From Eledone cirrhosa (lineage: Eukaryota): 64,000 nucleotides of DNA. The notes beneath the pieces are model-generated. The model searched no databases and was not told the origin of the DNA. It saw only the letters and a list, made by a program, of their open reading frames with translations. The position numbers and the translations under genes were made by a program. Shown in pieces: positions 45,186-58,591 of the stretch (positions are counted from its first letter, which is position 1; every line of letters starts with the position of its first letter). The stretch spans positions 343,914,001 through 343,978,000 of the forward strand of contig OZ024741.1 of assembly GCA_964016885.1 (NCBI GenBank), given 5' to 3'.

Positions 45186-45387
45186 GTAAATATCTTTAAG
45201 TCGTTTGGAAGCCTCGACAATGCAAATGGGTAAATCTCCGGCTAACAAGGTCCGGTGGTGGAGAGAGAGATGTAAGTGGGTGTATGTTGAGATGCGTGGT
45301 GTGTATAAGATGTGTGAGATGTGTAGAATGAAGGAGATTTACCCATTTGCATTGTCGAGGCTTCCAAACGACTTAAAGATATTTACT
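45186..45387. repeat. Inverted repeat pair, ~54-bp arms
   Basis: GTAAATATCTTTAAG...AAATCTCC and its reverse complement at 45333-45387. Confidence 0.85.
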
Positions 45388-45421
45388 TATTGTTCCACAA
45401 TGCTTCAAGCAAACTTCAATA

Positions 45422-45459
<38 letters not shown>

Positions 45460-45519
45460 TAAATTTGCTTTCGCTCTAACATAGCGGATAAGACTCACGA
45501 ATGCATATATATATATAAT

Positions 45520-46105
45520 AAATGTAATCTGAGTTTATGGAATATTAATAACATTCGATTCGTTTGCAATTATGCAAACAAACCTCAATTTTATCGCCAT
45601 GTCAGTACAATGAACACTTCATTCTTGCTCTTGTGTTGGCATGCGAACACAACTGCAGACACTAATGTTTCTGGGTATCACCCTTCATCAGTACAGCTCA
45701 CTGTTCACATGTCAAACTGTCAGAGCTAGTGAAAGTATATACTATTTTCAAAAATTCACAGTGACTGGACGGCCTGATTTGCATATTAGCAGACTGGCTG
45801 ATCAGTCAGATCTGCATATTAGCAGATCCACTGATCAGCCATATTTGCATATCAGTCACTGTGTATTTTTGAAAGTAGCATATATTTTCACTAGCTCAGA
45901 CAGTTTGGCAGGTGACCAGTGAGCTGTACTGATGAAGGGTGATACCTAGAAACATTAGTGTCTGCAGTTCTCTTCACATGCCAACACAAGGGCAAGAATA
46001 AAGTGTTCATTCTACTGACATGGCTATAAAATTGAGGCTTGTTTGCATAATTGCAAACGAATCGAATGTTATTATTATTATTCGAAAAACTTAGATTACA
46101 TTTAT
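45520..46105. mobile_element. Fold-back element with two divergent intact HHRs and central octamer repeats
   Basis: HHRs at 45651-45698 (minus) and 45921-45970 (plus): gagctgta-CTGATGA-agggtgataccta-GAAA-CATTAGTG-TC-tgcagttc. ATTTGCAT at 45777 and 45843, ATCTGCAT at 45810. Confidence 0.85.
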
Positions 46106-46235
46106 TGTATTCAGCCATGTAGAGCGAAATTTTCTTTTATATATATATATATATTCATATATAAGTTATTCCGGGTTGAATCAGGGGTAACCACAGTAAG
46201 GTACTCAATACATAGGAGAGTATAAAAGTGTTAAT

Positions 46236-46348
46236 TATAGATGAGATTCTACAGGACTAGAACTGTTTCATTCTTTAGAAATCATCAGGAATCTCAATGA
46301 TGATTTCTAAAGAATGAAACAGTTCTAGTCCTGTAGAATCTCATCTAT
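46236..46348. mobile_element. Short fold-back with HHR (46243-46295, minus)
   Basis: gagattc-CTGATGA-tttctaaagaat-GAAAC-AGTTCTA-GTC-ctgta-gaatctc. The mirror arm lacks the 5' C-T of the core. Confidence 0.65.
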
Positions 46349-46355
46349 ATTAAAA

Positions 46356-46447
<92 letters not shown>

Positions 46448-46454
46448 GGAAGAG

Positions 46455-47075
46455 GATGAAACGAAATTTCATTTCTCACTCTTAGTACAGCTTGTATTTA
46501 AATGTAACTATGTATGTATACGTACATACATATATTTATACAGACTTACGGTAGTATGTATATATATATACATACATGCACACATATATATATATATATA
46601 TATGTACGTATGGGTTTACCGACCATTTATTATAATGCTTGGTTTGTTTGTAAGAGTACTAAGAGTGAGAAATGAAATTTCGTTTCATTCTTTTCCATTC
46701 ATTTATCGTTTTCGGTGCGCCCGGCCGACTAACTCACTCGATATGCAAATTAGGCTGCTCAGCCGTTAATATGCATAAGGAAAGTATATACTTTCAGACG
46801 TTCAACCATCTGACAGAAAGGTATACAGTACTGACGAAAGCTAATAAGCTTGATACAATACATCGTTCCCTTGTCAGTGTTGAACAAAAAGGTGACGATG
46901 GTTGCCTGAACACTGTACGGCGTAATTCGGGCTGTTTGTTGTTTACAAACAAACCGAGCATTATAATAAATGTTCGGTAAACCCATACGTACATATATAT
47001 GTGTGCATGTATGTATATATATACATACTACTGTACGACTGTACACATATATGTATGTACGTATACATACATACT

Positions 47076-47080
<5 letters not shown>
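46455..47080. mobile_element. Diverged inverted pair of the 466-bp HHR family
   Basis: Same octamer dyad and TATA palindrome; degenerate HHR (CTGACGA...GATAC) at ~46825-46868; AATAAA at ~46965. Confidence 0.85.
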
Positions 47081-47116
<36 letters not shown>

Positions 47117-47211
47117 GCATATATGTAGAGGTTATATTTAATTTGTTGGGATACAACAAGCTAAATATTTTTATAACTGATATAAAGCACTCAACAAATT
47201 ATTGGAGTAAA

Positions 47212-47516
47212 TATACAATATATTAACAAATGGAAACTATATTTATCAAACCATATTTATTTCATTATACATATTTCAAGGGCCACCAGAGCAAACTATG
47301 GTGCGCTTTCATTAGATAAAATATAATATCCAGGAGATTCCAACCAGAATGGTTGCATTTGTTAAGGGTATGTCAATATTTATTTATAAAACTAACCTAT
47401 ATTATATTTTATCTGATGAAAGCGCACCATAGTTTGCTCTGGTGGCCCTTGAAATATGTATAATGAAATAAATATGGTTTTATAAATATAGTTTCCATTT
47501 GTTAATATATTGTATA
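47212..47516. mobile_element. Fold-back element with HHR (47407-47468 plus; mutated mirror 47260-47321 minus)
   Basis: ttttat-CTGATGA-aagcgcacca...tggtggccctt-GAAA-T ATGT A-TA-atgaaa, then AATAAA. Confidence 0.8.
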
Positions 47517-47623
47517 TGCATATATATATATATATATTATACATATATATATAGTGCACCTTTATCCCCTCCTCTTACTCGCTCTTGCCCTCTCCCCCCC
47601 TCGCTCTCTCTCTCTCTCTCTCT

Positions 47624-48252
<629 letters not shown>

Positions 48253-48704
48253 GAGAAAGAGAGAGAAAGCGAATGACAGACAGATAGAACGACCGATATA
48301 TAGATATAGAATGTCTTACGACATTAATTTCTTAGATGACACTCTACCGAACACCGATATATATATATAATATTATGTTAGTTATGAATCAAAGTTTTAG
48401 CTGCAATAGTGCAGATATAAATCGAATTGTTTGAGGCATTCACAAAACACTCAGTGGAGCGAAAAGTTAAATTTCTCGCCCACTGTTAACATCTAAAGTT
48501 ATATAAATATGTCAACAGGAATATTTCGATGAGGTGTATATACCCATAGTATATAACCACAGCAACGACAAATACAAATAGGTAGAAGTCTGACCTCGAC
48601 CAGCTCGATTCGCTAGACGACTGTATATACATTATACACACCCACACACACACACATACATCCATACATACACGCCCAGCCCCACCATACGCACATATAT
48701 ATAT

Positions 48705-48965
48705 AGTGGAGGCACGTGGCCTAGTGGTAAGGTTGTCGGACTAACGATCATAACGTTGTGGGTTCGATTCCTGAGATGCATGTTGTGTTCTTGAGCAAAA
48801 CACTTCATTTCACGTTGCTCCAGTATACTCAGCTGAAAATGAGTGTTTAACCCTGCGATGGACTGGCGTCCTATCCAGGAGGGAGTCTTGATCTCCAGTC
48901 GCTTCACTCCATGAAACCGGCATAAGCACCGGCCAAATGAGCCTTCTGGATTAAGACAAACTTTA
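48705..48965 (+). mobile_element. tRNA-derived SINE family B
   Basis: A-box TGGCCTAGTGG, B-box GGTTCGATTCC; body matches 43975-44255 in reverse. Confidence 0.88.
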
Positions 48966-49060
48966 GATATATATATACATATATATAGAGAGAGAGGTAG
49001 AACACTGGAAGGTAATATCCTTAGTGGTAGAGCACTCAGTCCATGGGACGAATTAGGTAG

Positions 49061-49205
49061 AAGTGGTAACACAACAGTTAGTTCACCATACCGAGAATAA
49101 TTGTTTCACCTTAGCGGATCCTCAGCTTGTACTGCAGTATGAGCTGAGGATCCGCTAAGGTGAAACAATTCTTCTCGGTACGGTGAACTAACTGTTGTGT
49201 TACCA

Positions 49206-49208
<3 letters not shown>
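49061..49208. mobile_element. Short fold-back with degenerate minimal HHR (49141-49176, plus)
   Basis: gag-CTGAGGA-tcc gctaa ggt-GAAAC-AATT-CTT-ctc; palindrome centre ~49135. Confidence 0.65.
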
Positions 49209-49244
<36 letters not shown>

Positions 49245-49248
<4 letters not shown>

Positions 49249-49775
49249 AATGAATAATAACAGGTAGACATCATAAAAAGGTAATTTATTCCGTATGCTT
49301 ACAAATGTTTCCACGGTGGTTGTACAGCCTAGTTATGCTATGTGCAAATTTACAACTATTTGCAAAACTCAATTATCAAATGCTGTGACCACTGTATCAT
49401 CAGAGCAGAATGGTTAAAATGTACAATGTACATTGTACATTTTAACCATTGTACATTTTAACCATTCTGCTCTGATGATACAGTGGTCACAGCATTTGAT
49501 AATTGAGTTTTGCAAATAGTTGTAAATTTGCACATAGCATAACTAGGCTGTACAACCACTGTGGAAACATTTGTAAGCACACGGAATAAATTACCTTTTT
49601 ATGATGTCTACCTGTTATTATTGATTCTTTATCTACACTCCGGAATACAGAAGGATCAGGAACTAAGTTTCTTCAACAATTCTTCCATAACTCGTTGAGT
49701 AACCTCCCACCGTACGTCAACCATATCCAGTGTAGTAATTAACCATTACTGCATCTAGGATAATCCTATACCTAA

Positions 49776-49780
<5 letters not shown>
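49245..49780. mobile_element. Fold-back element with two intact long-stem-II HHRs
   Basis: tgct-CTGATGA-tacagtggt...accactgtg-GAAA-C ATTT G-TA-agca at 49468-49579 (plus) and 49296-49407 (minus), each followed by AATAAA. Confidence 0.88.
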
Positions 49781-49820
<40 letters not shown>

Positions 49821-49896
49821 TAAATGTTGTCCCTAGAATTATTAGATAAATTATATACAATTTCCTCTCCAGAAACTTTATGTATATGTAAATATT

Positions 49897-50014
<118 letters not shown>

Positions 50015-50334
50015 GAGAGAGAGAGACAGACAGAGAGAGAGACAGAGAGCGCGAGAGATTGAATTGTGTGACCCCACTGTCCCACTGTCTTAATAATAAG
50101 GTGCTTTGCATTAAAAACCTACATATTAGATCAAATTTGACACTGTTATCATTGGTTTAACTTAGCAGTTCTTAATCTCAACAGGCGAATTGGAAATGGC
50201 ATATCGTAACACCTATCCATTAACACAACAAAACTTGAAAGGAGGATTTCTTCGGGCGTTCCATAGGAATCTTTACTACAGAAATCACCTTCGTTTAGAA
50301 AATTTGTCATCCATCTTCTGCATATTATTTATTT

Positions 50335-50855
50335 CAATTTGTTTCTACTTTCGGCACAAGGCCAGCAACAGCCCAATACATCACTGGTACTTTATTTTAT
50401 CGACCGCATAAGGATGAAAGGCAAAGTTAACCTCGACTTGATTTGAACTCAGACCGTAAAGGGACGTAAGTATCGGTAGAGGGTTGGACGCCATGCTTTC
50501 TAGCATAGAGTTACGTCCCTTTATGATCTGAGTTCAAATCCCGCCGAGGTTAACTTTGCCTTTCATCCTTACGGGTTCGATAAAATAAAGTACCAGTAAT
50601 GTGCTGGGTAATTTTTGGCCTTGTGCCTAAAGTAGAAACAATTATTTATTTCAATTTCAAGGAGGGCGGTGAATTGGCAGTATCGGTAGAGCGTTGGACG
50701 CCATGCTTTCTAGCATGGTTACGTCCCTTTACGGTCTGAGTTCAAATCCCGTCGAGGTTAACTTTGCCTTTCATCCTTATGCGGTCGATAAAATAAAGTA
50801 CCAGTGATGTATTGGGTTATTGCTGGCCTTGTGCCGAAAGTAGAAACAATTATTC
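50335..50855. mobile_element. SINE family A cluster (minus, plus, plus)
   Basis: 50335-50470 mirrors the copy at 50720-50855. Confidence 0.88.
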
Positions 50856-51474
50856 ACTTCAATTTTATCAGTGTTTTAAATAGTCCAGTTTCTCGTGTTT
50901 ATAGACTACTTGATAGACTACTTATTTAGTAGGTTGAATGCCTAACTGGGTATATATATACATACATTGAGTATGCAGACATGTAAGCACGTAAATATGT
51001 TTGATATACATGTTACCCTTTAAATGAAAAACAAATATGAATGTTCGTAATCGATTTTTTTAACCCTAGTTGGAGTTACGTCAGAGAATATGTACATCAA
51101 ACAAACAAAACTAAATACATAAAAGACGGTGTTATATAGTGTTGTATTGTAAGTGTAGTAATAATCAGATCAGTGTATTTATTTTCATACTTTAGAGCCT
51201 ATATTCGTTGCGAAATGCACAGTTTAATATATATTAAAATTCACTACCATTTAGAATTTAACTTAACCATTTCATAAAAAGCGTTTCGTAATTTACGTAG
51301 CAGTGTTCATGATATTACGATGTTACCACAGCTTGGGTGTTAGCCGATATATTGAACTTATACAACCATAAATAATTAATAAATGCAATGTAATTTCCCC
51401 ACTGTGACATGCTTGTTCCATTTCTATGTAGTTTACTATTTTATTGGCTGTTAATAAATAAAATTATTGCTATT

Positions 51475-52345
51475 AGCGGTGGATTGACAGTATGGTTGAG
51501 AATCGGACACCATGTTTTGTAGCATAGAGTTGCGGCCCATTACGGTCTTGGTTCAAATCCTGCCGAGGTTAACTTTGCCTTTCATCCTTACGGGGTCGAT
51601 AAATTAAAGTACCAGTCACACACAGGGGTCGATTTAATCGATTTACCCCTCCCCTAAATGGCTGACCTTGTGCCTATACTAGAAATCATTATTAGGAGAG
51701 CAGGTGGACTGGCAGTATCGGTAGAGGGTCGGACGCCATGCTTTGCAGCATAGAGTTACGGCGCTTTATGGTCTGAGTTCAAATCCCGCCGAGGTTAACT
51801 TTGCCTTTCATCCTTACGGGGTCGATAAAATAAAGTACCAGTAATGCACTGGGTAATTTGTTGGCCTTGTGCCTAACGTAGAAACAATTATTAGGAGAGC
51901 AGTGGATTGGTAGTATCGGTAGGGTGCCGGACAACATTCTGTGTAGCATAGAGTTACGACCCTTTATATTGTGAGTGCATATCCCGCCGAGGTTAACTCT
52001 GTCTTTCATCTTTACGGGGACGATAAAATAAAGTACCAGTAAGCACTGGGGTCGATTTAATCGACTCCCCCACCCCAAATAGATTGCTGGGCTTATACCT
52101 ATATAAGATACCATTATTATTGCCAGGGAATTGACAGAATCGGTAGAGCGTTTGATACAAGGCTTCGCGGGATAGAGTTACGGCGCTTTACGTTCTGAGT
52201 TCAAATCCCGCCGAGGTTAGCGTTGCCTTCTATCCTTACGGGATCGATAAAATAAAGTACCAGTAATGCACTGGGGTCAATTTAATCGACTTTCCTCTCC
52301 ACAAAATTGCTGGCCTTGTGCCTATAGTAGAAATCATTATTATTA
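51475..52345 (+). mobile_element. Four head-to-tail SINE family A copies
   Basis: ~200-220-bp units, each ending in (ATT)n directly followed by the next head. Confidence 0.9.
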
Positions 52346-52741
52346 TTGGATTTTGCTTTATTTTCAAATATTGAAATTGTTGTTACGTCCATCTTGGTTT
52401 CGGGGTCGGGGTCGGGTGGGGGGACTTTGGCCAAATTATTTGAACTTTACAATTCGAATTTTTCCAAAGAAAAATTTTTTTAATGAGGTGACATCCCCGC
52501 CATATCCAGCCAGAGCAGCTAGAACATCATATCACGTGACAGCCAACGGACTGGACTCTAAAGTCACCACTACCACCACTATATACATCACAAACAAGGC
52601 CACGGTCATCCCCACCCAACCACCACCAACAACAATAACAACAGCAACAACAATAACAACAACAGCAACGATAACAGCAGCAGCAGCAGAAACAGCAACA
52701 GCTGAAACAGAGCAGCAGTAGTAGCAGCAGCAACAACAACG

Positions 52742-52782
<41 letters not shown>

Positions 52783-52942
52783 ATCAGCAGCAACAACCAC
52801 AGCAACAACCACAGCAACAACAACGGCAACGACAACAAAAACAGAAGAAGCAGCAACAACGGCAGCAACAGCGACAACAATAACAACAACGACGACGACG
52901 ACGACACCAGCAGAAACAACAACGGCAGCAGCAACAGCAGCA

Positions 52943-53370
52943 ACAAGGCACAGTATCTATGCAGCTGGAAAGTTCAATCGATGCCACCACCTGACGCGTC
53001 GTCATTCGCCGGGAATTTCGCCCACCACCGATCCAGCATCAACGCCTACAATCAGTCTTTAGGTGCCACCCAAATGAAGAGAGTGAGCAAACTCTCTCCA
53101 AAGAAGATAGGAACCATCTCGTCCGCTTCCGCAGTGGACATCACACGTCATTAAGGAGGAGGCTCCATATGATCGTCCAAGCGGAAATCAACACATGCCG
53201 TCTGTGCGGAGGGGGAAGAAGAATCCTTCAAACATCTTTGGATGAGATGTCCGGCCTTGATGGTGGTTTGTAATCACCACCAACTCGGCTCCAGCATGGA
53301 TGAACTCGTGCGTCTCCCACACGCCAGTCTAGCGCTACTGAGGGCAATCCTCAGGCGCTTGCGAGAAGAA
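52943..53370 (+). pseudogene. LINE ORF2 C-terminal CCHC fragment within (CAA/CAG/GAC)n
   Basis: LVRFRSGHHTSLRRRLHMI...CRLC...[frameshift]EEESFKHLWMRCPAL, ending into (CAA)n. Confidence 0.7.
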
Positions 53371-54199
53371 GAAAACAAACAGCAGCGACAACAACATCAA
53401 CAACAACAACCAGCAATAACAACAACGACGACAACGATGACAACAGCAGAAACAACAACGGCAGCGGCAAAATCAGCAACAACAACGGCAACAACGGATA
53501 CAAAAAGCAAGTTCACAGCAACGATTGAGAAAATTATGGAATTGTTCCATATAGACTTGAGCAGGAGTAATGAATGTTTGACTGAGGCAACCAAACTTTA
53601 AAAGATGAGAAAACCTGGGCCAACATATGTGTTCTTCCCGGGGTGTTGTCTACGGTGGAAGAATCTTTTACGTACAGATATATCGGCTTCAAAGCCATAA
53701 TATACTCTGTGATTCCCTGTAAATTGGACCAATTCATAATGTTTCTCTTTTAGATTGGAAGAAGGACAACGAAGAACCGAATTACTGGGATCTCGCCAGA
53801 ATTAGACATCTCGTGGATCCTAATATGCATCGACATGGAGGGAAGCGAAACCCTCCTGGAAGTAAAGAAGACCCGGAGCAAGAATTGATCTGGGATTAAT
53901 CAGGAAATACTTCTCCAGATAGATCAAATCAGAGAAGATTGACAATATCCCAGACATAATTCAGCTTCCGGTTGGCGGGAGCTTCGTGTAGTTATTGAGG
54001 ACAAAAATCTTAGGTGTCACTGATGAACGTTCTGTGCTCTGTAGTAGAGATCCACAGAGTATCATTGATGCTAACTTCATGACTCCAACAACAACTACAA
54101 AAGCACCAGCAGCGAACAACCATACAAACAACACCAACACCGACAGCAGCAGCAACATCAACGACACCAACACCAACAACCGCAGAAGATTGTGAGTAG

Positions 54200-55000
54200 G
54201 AGGATTAATTGGTCAGTTAGGGTCCATATGTTATTGATCTCTATATTTTGTAGTTAGGTTATATTTTAGTTTCTTAATTCTTTCTATTATTGCTTCTTCA
54301 TCTTATTCACAGTAGTCCGTTATTCTAGCTTCTGTTATATAATTGTTGGTCTCCTTGAAGACTGAAATCAAATTGAGTTTTGTTCCTCTTGTAAAATTCT
54401 ATTAGTTTCTTTCTTTATTCTTCATATGACTGATTCACAGTCTTACAGAGATACTTTGTAATTGTTTAGTATTTTAGTTTCAGAAAAACCTACCACAATT
54501 GGTTCGTAATAAATATAATATTTCTTTGTTTTGTTGTGTTATTGTGTTAACTTATTTGTTGGTGTATTCTGAATTACAGTTATTATTTTCCCATGGTCTT
54601 GTCTAGACTTGCTAATTCATTTAACTTGAAGCTGGAAATATTATAACTTAGAGTTAATATTTAGCTCACTTTTAAGTACTAAAACAATGAATCTATAATA
54701 TTCCTTTGTAGCCTTTTCTTACATTTGGGTAGTTCGTTAATTCGTTGATATTTGTATGTCTGTGTTTCGTGTAATTCTATTATCTGTCTTTATTATGTAA
54801 CCTGTTATTATTGGTTTATACATATTTTCCACTTTATAGGATGTTCGTGGCGCGTTATTCCAAACAGAATTTAATATCAGTCTCAAAAGGATTCTGTTTA
54901 CACTGTGTAACTGAGTGACAATTTGTTTCTTCGTCTACTGTATTGAATAATGCAGATGACAAACAAGTTAGGTAATCCATTTACAGGAAATTGTTTATGT
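54200..55000 (-). pseudogene. Decayed R4/Dong-like LINE fragment
   Basis: LSYNISSFKLNELASLDKTMGKIIT resembles the Y..GI..W...EL..LDRKTRK.LT motif. Confidence 0.4.
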
Positions 55001-55029
55001 CAATATTGATAGCCTGTATATTCGTATCC

Positions 55030-55248
55030 AAGGGCGATGGATTGGCAGAATCGGTAGAGCGTCAAACACCATGCTATGCAGCATAGAGTTATGGCACTTT
55101 ACGTTCCGAGTTCAAATCCCACCGAGGTTAACTTTGCCTTTCATTCTTACGGGGTCGATAAAATAAAGTACCAGTAATGCACTGGCGTCGATTTAATCAT
55201 CTTACCCCTCACCCTAAATTGCTGGCCTTGTGCCTATAGTAGAAATCA
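55030..55248 (+). mobile_element. SINE family A
   Basis: Full head and body. Confidence 0.88.
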
Positions 55249-55570
55249 TATGTATTCATATCCAGTTTCGTTGTTGTTGTTACTATTGCTGCTCCTGCTG
55301 CTTTACTTGTTGTTATCGTTGTTGTTATTGTTGCTGTTGTTTGATCAAGCAGGCATCTGTTCAGAATTGTTTTAGCTGTGAAAACTGTCTTTTTGTTTAA
55401 GCCACATGGCTGCATAACTCAATGTGTCCAACATTTTAAAGGATGCTGGGGAGATTCTGCAGTTATTTCTAAAATGTCAACGAACCACACTGAGATCTCT
55501 TCATTTCGCTCCTTCCCTAACAACTACCAAATTATAACATCAACAACAAAACTTCAGCTGAAAACACATA

Positions 55571-56200
55571 TCTATATAATACTAAAAGTCTGTGATTGCT
55601 TGCTTGCTTGTCTGTAATACAGCCAAAAGGGCGCATAACGGGAACATACTTTGAAAAGAAGTTGACTCTGAAATAGGAATACACATGGAATAAAACAAGT
55701 TACACATAAATCGAAGCACGGGTTCCCGAGATAAGGGGGTTTTCTGGGTTGCCTTCATAAACAGAGAGAGAGAGAGAGAAAGATTGTGCTTGTGAGAGTG
55801 TAGATTGAAAGAGACATAGAGAGAGGGAGAGGATACAGAGAAGGAGAATGGAAGAGAGAAAGAGAGTTGGTGGTGGTGGTGTGTATATATATATATTGAG
55901 TGTGTGTATATATATATACGTGTGTGTATATGTGTGTGTGTGTGTGACTATGATCAGAGTATATAGATCACAGACACCCACATATGTATATACACAAACA
56001 TATACATATATATGTATACAAACACACACATTTATATATATATACATACACGCACGTATATATATGGGCCTTCCAGTTTCATTTCACATTATATACATAT
56101 CTGTGTATATTTTAATTATTTAAAAATTATTTTTAAGTGAACATGATTTTTTAAAAATATTTTGAAGTGAATGTGACCCAACGGGTCACGGGTACTCTAG
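55571..56200 (+). mobile_element. Non-autonomous Helitron (630 bp)
   Basis: 5' TC, (TGCT)n near the 5' end, 3' hairpin GTGACCC-aac-GGGTCAC, terminal CTAG; inserted between A and T with no TSD. Confidence 0.85.
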
Positions 56201-56464
56201 TAGGTTATTAAAAATCAAAACTGAAGATATTACATATGGAGCATCAAATGTGAGAATATGTTCTCTCCATTTTTCTATCAGACATCGTGTAGTAATCGGA
56301 GTCAAACTAAATTAAATAGGAAATATGATTGTAATAACAAGCAATAATAACTAGCACAATAAAACCAACAGTTTTAAAGAATATTTGTGGAAAACAAATG
56401 ACCGTAATATCTCCTTTGTTTCGGAAAACAAAAATACATTACACTATACTGGAAATTAGCTGCT

Positions 56465-57130
56465 CTGGAACAAGGCCTCCAATTTGAAGGCTGAGGGAAG
56501 TCGATGAGATCGACGCCAGTGCGTTAATGATATTTTATTTAAAGACTCCTTAAGGCTGAAAAACAAAGATCACCTCACATGGATTTGAATTCAGAACGTA
56601 AAGAGCTGTAACTCTTTGTCTCAAAACATGTTGTCTGACGCTCTGTCAATACTGCCAACGTACCACCCTAATGCGGTAAAAGACTGCAAGAAAAAAAAAA
56701 CATTATACTGTGAAGCACAGATGATACGTTTAAAAATTCAGTATCCAGAATTATCGTTCAACTTCGAACTTATTATTTTAGTTAGAAAATATGAGGCAGC
56801 CTTTTTAAATCCAATTGGCTGAACTTGGACTATTGACAAAGAACACGGAGCTTTCTAATCCACATGCTACAGATAAACATCGCAAACCTAATAATTAACA
56901 GTTCAAAAATGTAGTGGATTGACACAATTGGTAAATAGTGGGATAAAATGCAATAGTGGTAAGTGTTCTGGTACATCGTATTCTAAGTTCCAATACTACA
57001 GTGATCAACTTTGCATTTCGGCCTTAAGGAAGAGACCAAATAAAGCACAAGTCAAGAACTAGCGCTGATTTAATTGATATTACTTTTCCTCAAAATTTGT
57101 GGGTTCTGTGTTTAAATTAGGAATCAATAT
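56465..57130. mobile_element. Two degenerate SINE family A copies (minus 56465-56665; plus 56910-57130)
   Basis: Diverged family motifs. Confidence 0.6.
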
Positions 57131-57459
57131 ATATCGATTGAAGGAGTGTGCGGAGTATTAAGAAAAGAACAAGACACTCATTTTAAATAAAATTAATTTA
57201 TAAAGACCTTTCTGTACATTCTTGCTACCGAAACAAACTGCAAAGCAAAATAAACAATAATAAACTGAAGGCATTGATTCTACTACGTTAAGGGTACAAC
57301 AGATACAGTATAATTCAATGAAAAAGTTGTTCCATTGATAAAAAAAGAACTATGGAATTAAAAGCAAAAGCAACATTTTTCAGACGTTTGGACTAAGTAT
57401 ATTTGTGTCTTAAGATGTACAAAGAAAGCCAAATACACATACACACACATAAACACACA

Positions 57460-57586
<127 letters not shown>

Positions 57587-57620
57587 CGAAATGGTATGGT
57601 ATGCTCCGAAATCATTAGAC

Positions 57621-57715
57621 GTGTCCGTCGAACCTGCGGGCCCAGAATCACAGAATCAGACAGATCAACACAATGATCGCGTCTCGAGCTGTCCGCCGGC
57701 GAAACAATTATAACA
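57621..57715 (+). ncRNA. Degenerate HHR relic
   Basis: gtgt-CCGTCGA-acctgcggg...tccgccggc-GAAAC-AATT-ATA-acac, then AATAAA. Confidence 0.45.
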
Positions 57716-57771
57716 CACAATAAATTGAGTTCAGATGCATCACTGATTTTTCGTTTTCTATTCTATATATG

Positions 57772-57869
<98 letters not shown>

Positions 57870-58071
57870 TGAATTAATTGTCTTATGTTGTTTATTACAT
57901 AACTAAAAGGCTCTGTAGCCTACATAGAGCACTCTCCTTTCCTTTACCTTTCCTACGGAAATACTTCATATATATATATATGTATATATATATTTTTTGT
58001 TATACTTTGGGAGGGTTATGCTGCCAATGCACGTTTTCAGATAAGAAATCTTGCAAAACAAATTCAAAAAC

Positions 58072-58303
<232 letters not shown>

Positions 58304-58543
58304 ATATATATATAAATATATATGGGATAATAAGTTATCGCTTTAGGTAATCCAGTTAGAGGTTGTGAGTACTCTGTACTATTGATAGCTTCAGTATTCC
58401 GATGATTTGATCAGAGACGCACACTGTATTTAAAGCCGAGTGACGCAATTTCGAGTGATCAGCGGCCGTTAGACTCACCTGATCAATGAAACAATTGGGG
58501 TGAAACCCTTTTTGTACAGCCGACCATGTTATTCTTCAATCTT

Positions 58544-58591
<48 letters not shown>

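Noticed and set aside
48705-48780. tRNA gene (also 17707 and 18803)
   Set aside because: A and B boxes run into SINE bodies; no complete cloverleaf.
53520-54090. Possible CR1/L2-like LINE 3' fragment or host exon
   Set aside because: Only weak peptide hints (LEEGQRR, IDNIPD) with stops in the frames read; no convincing exon structure.
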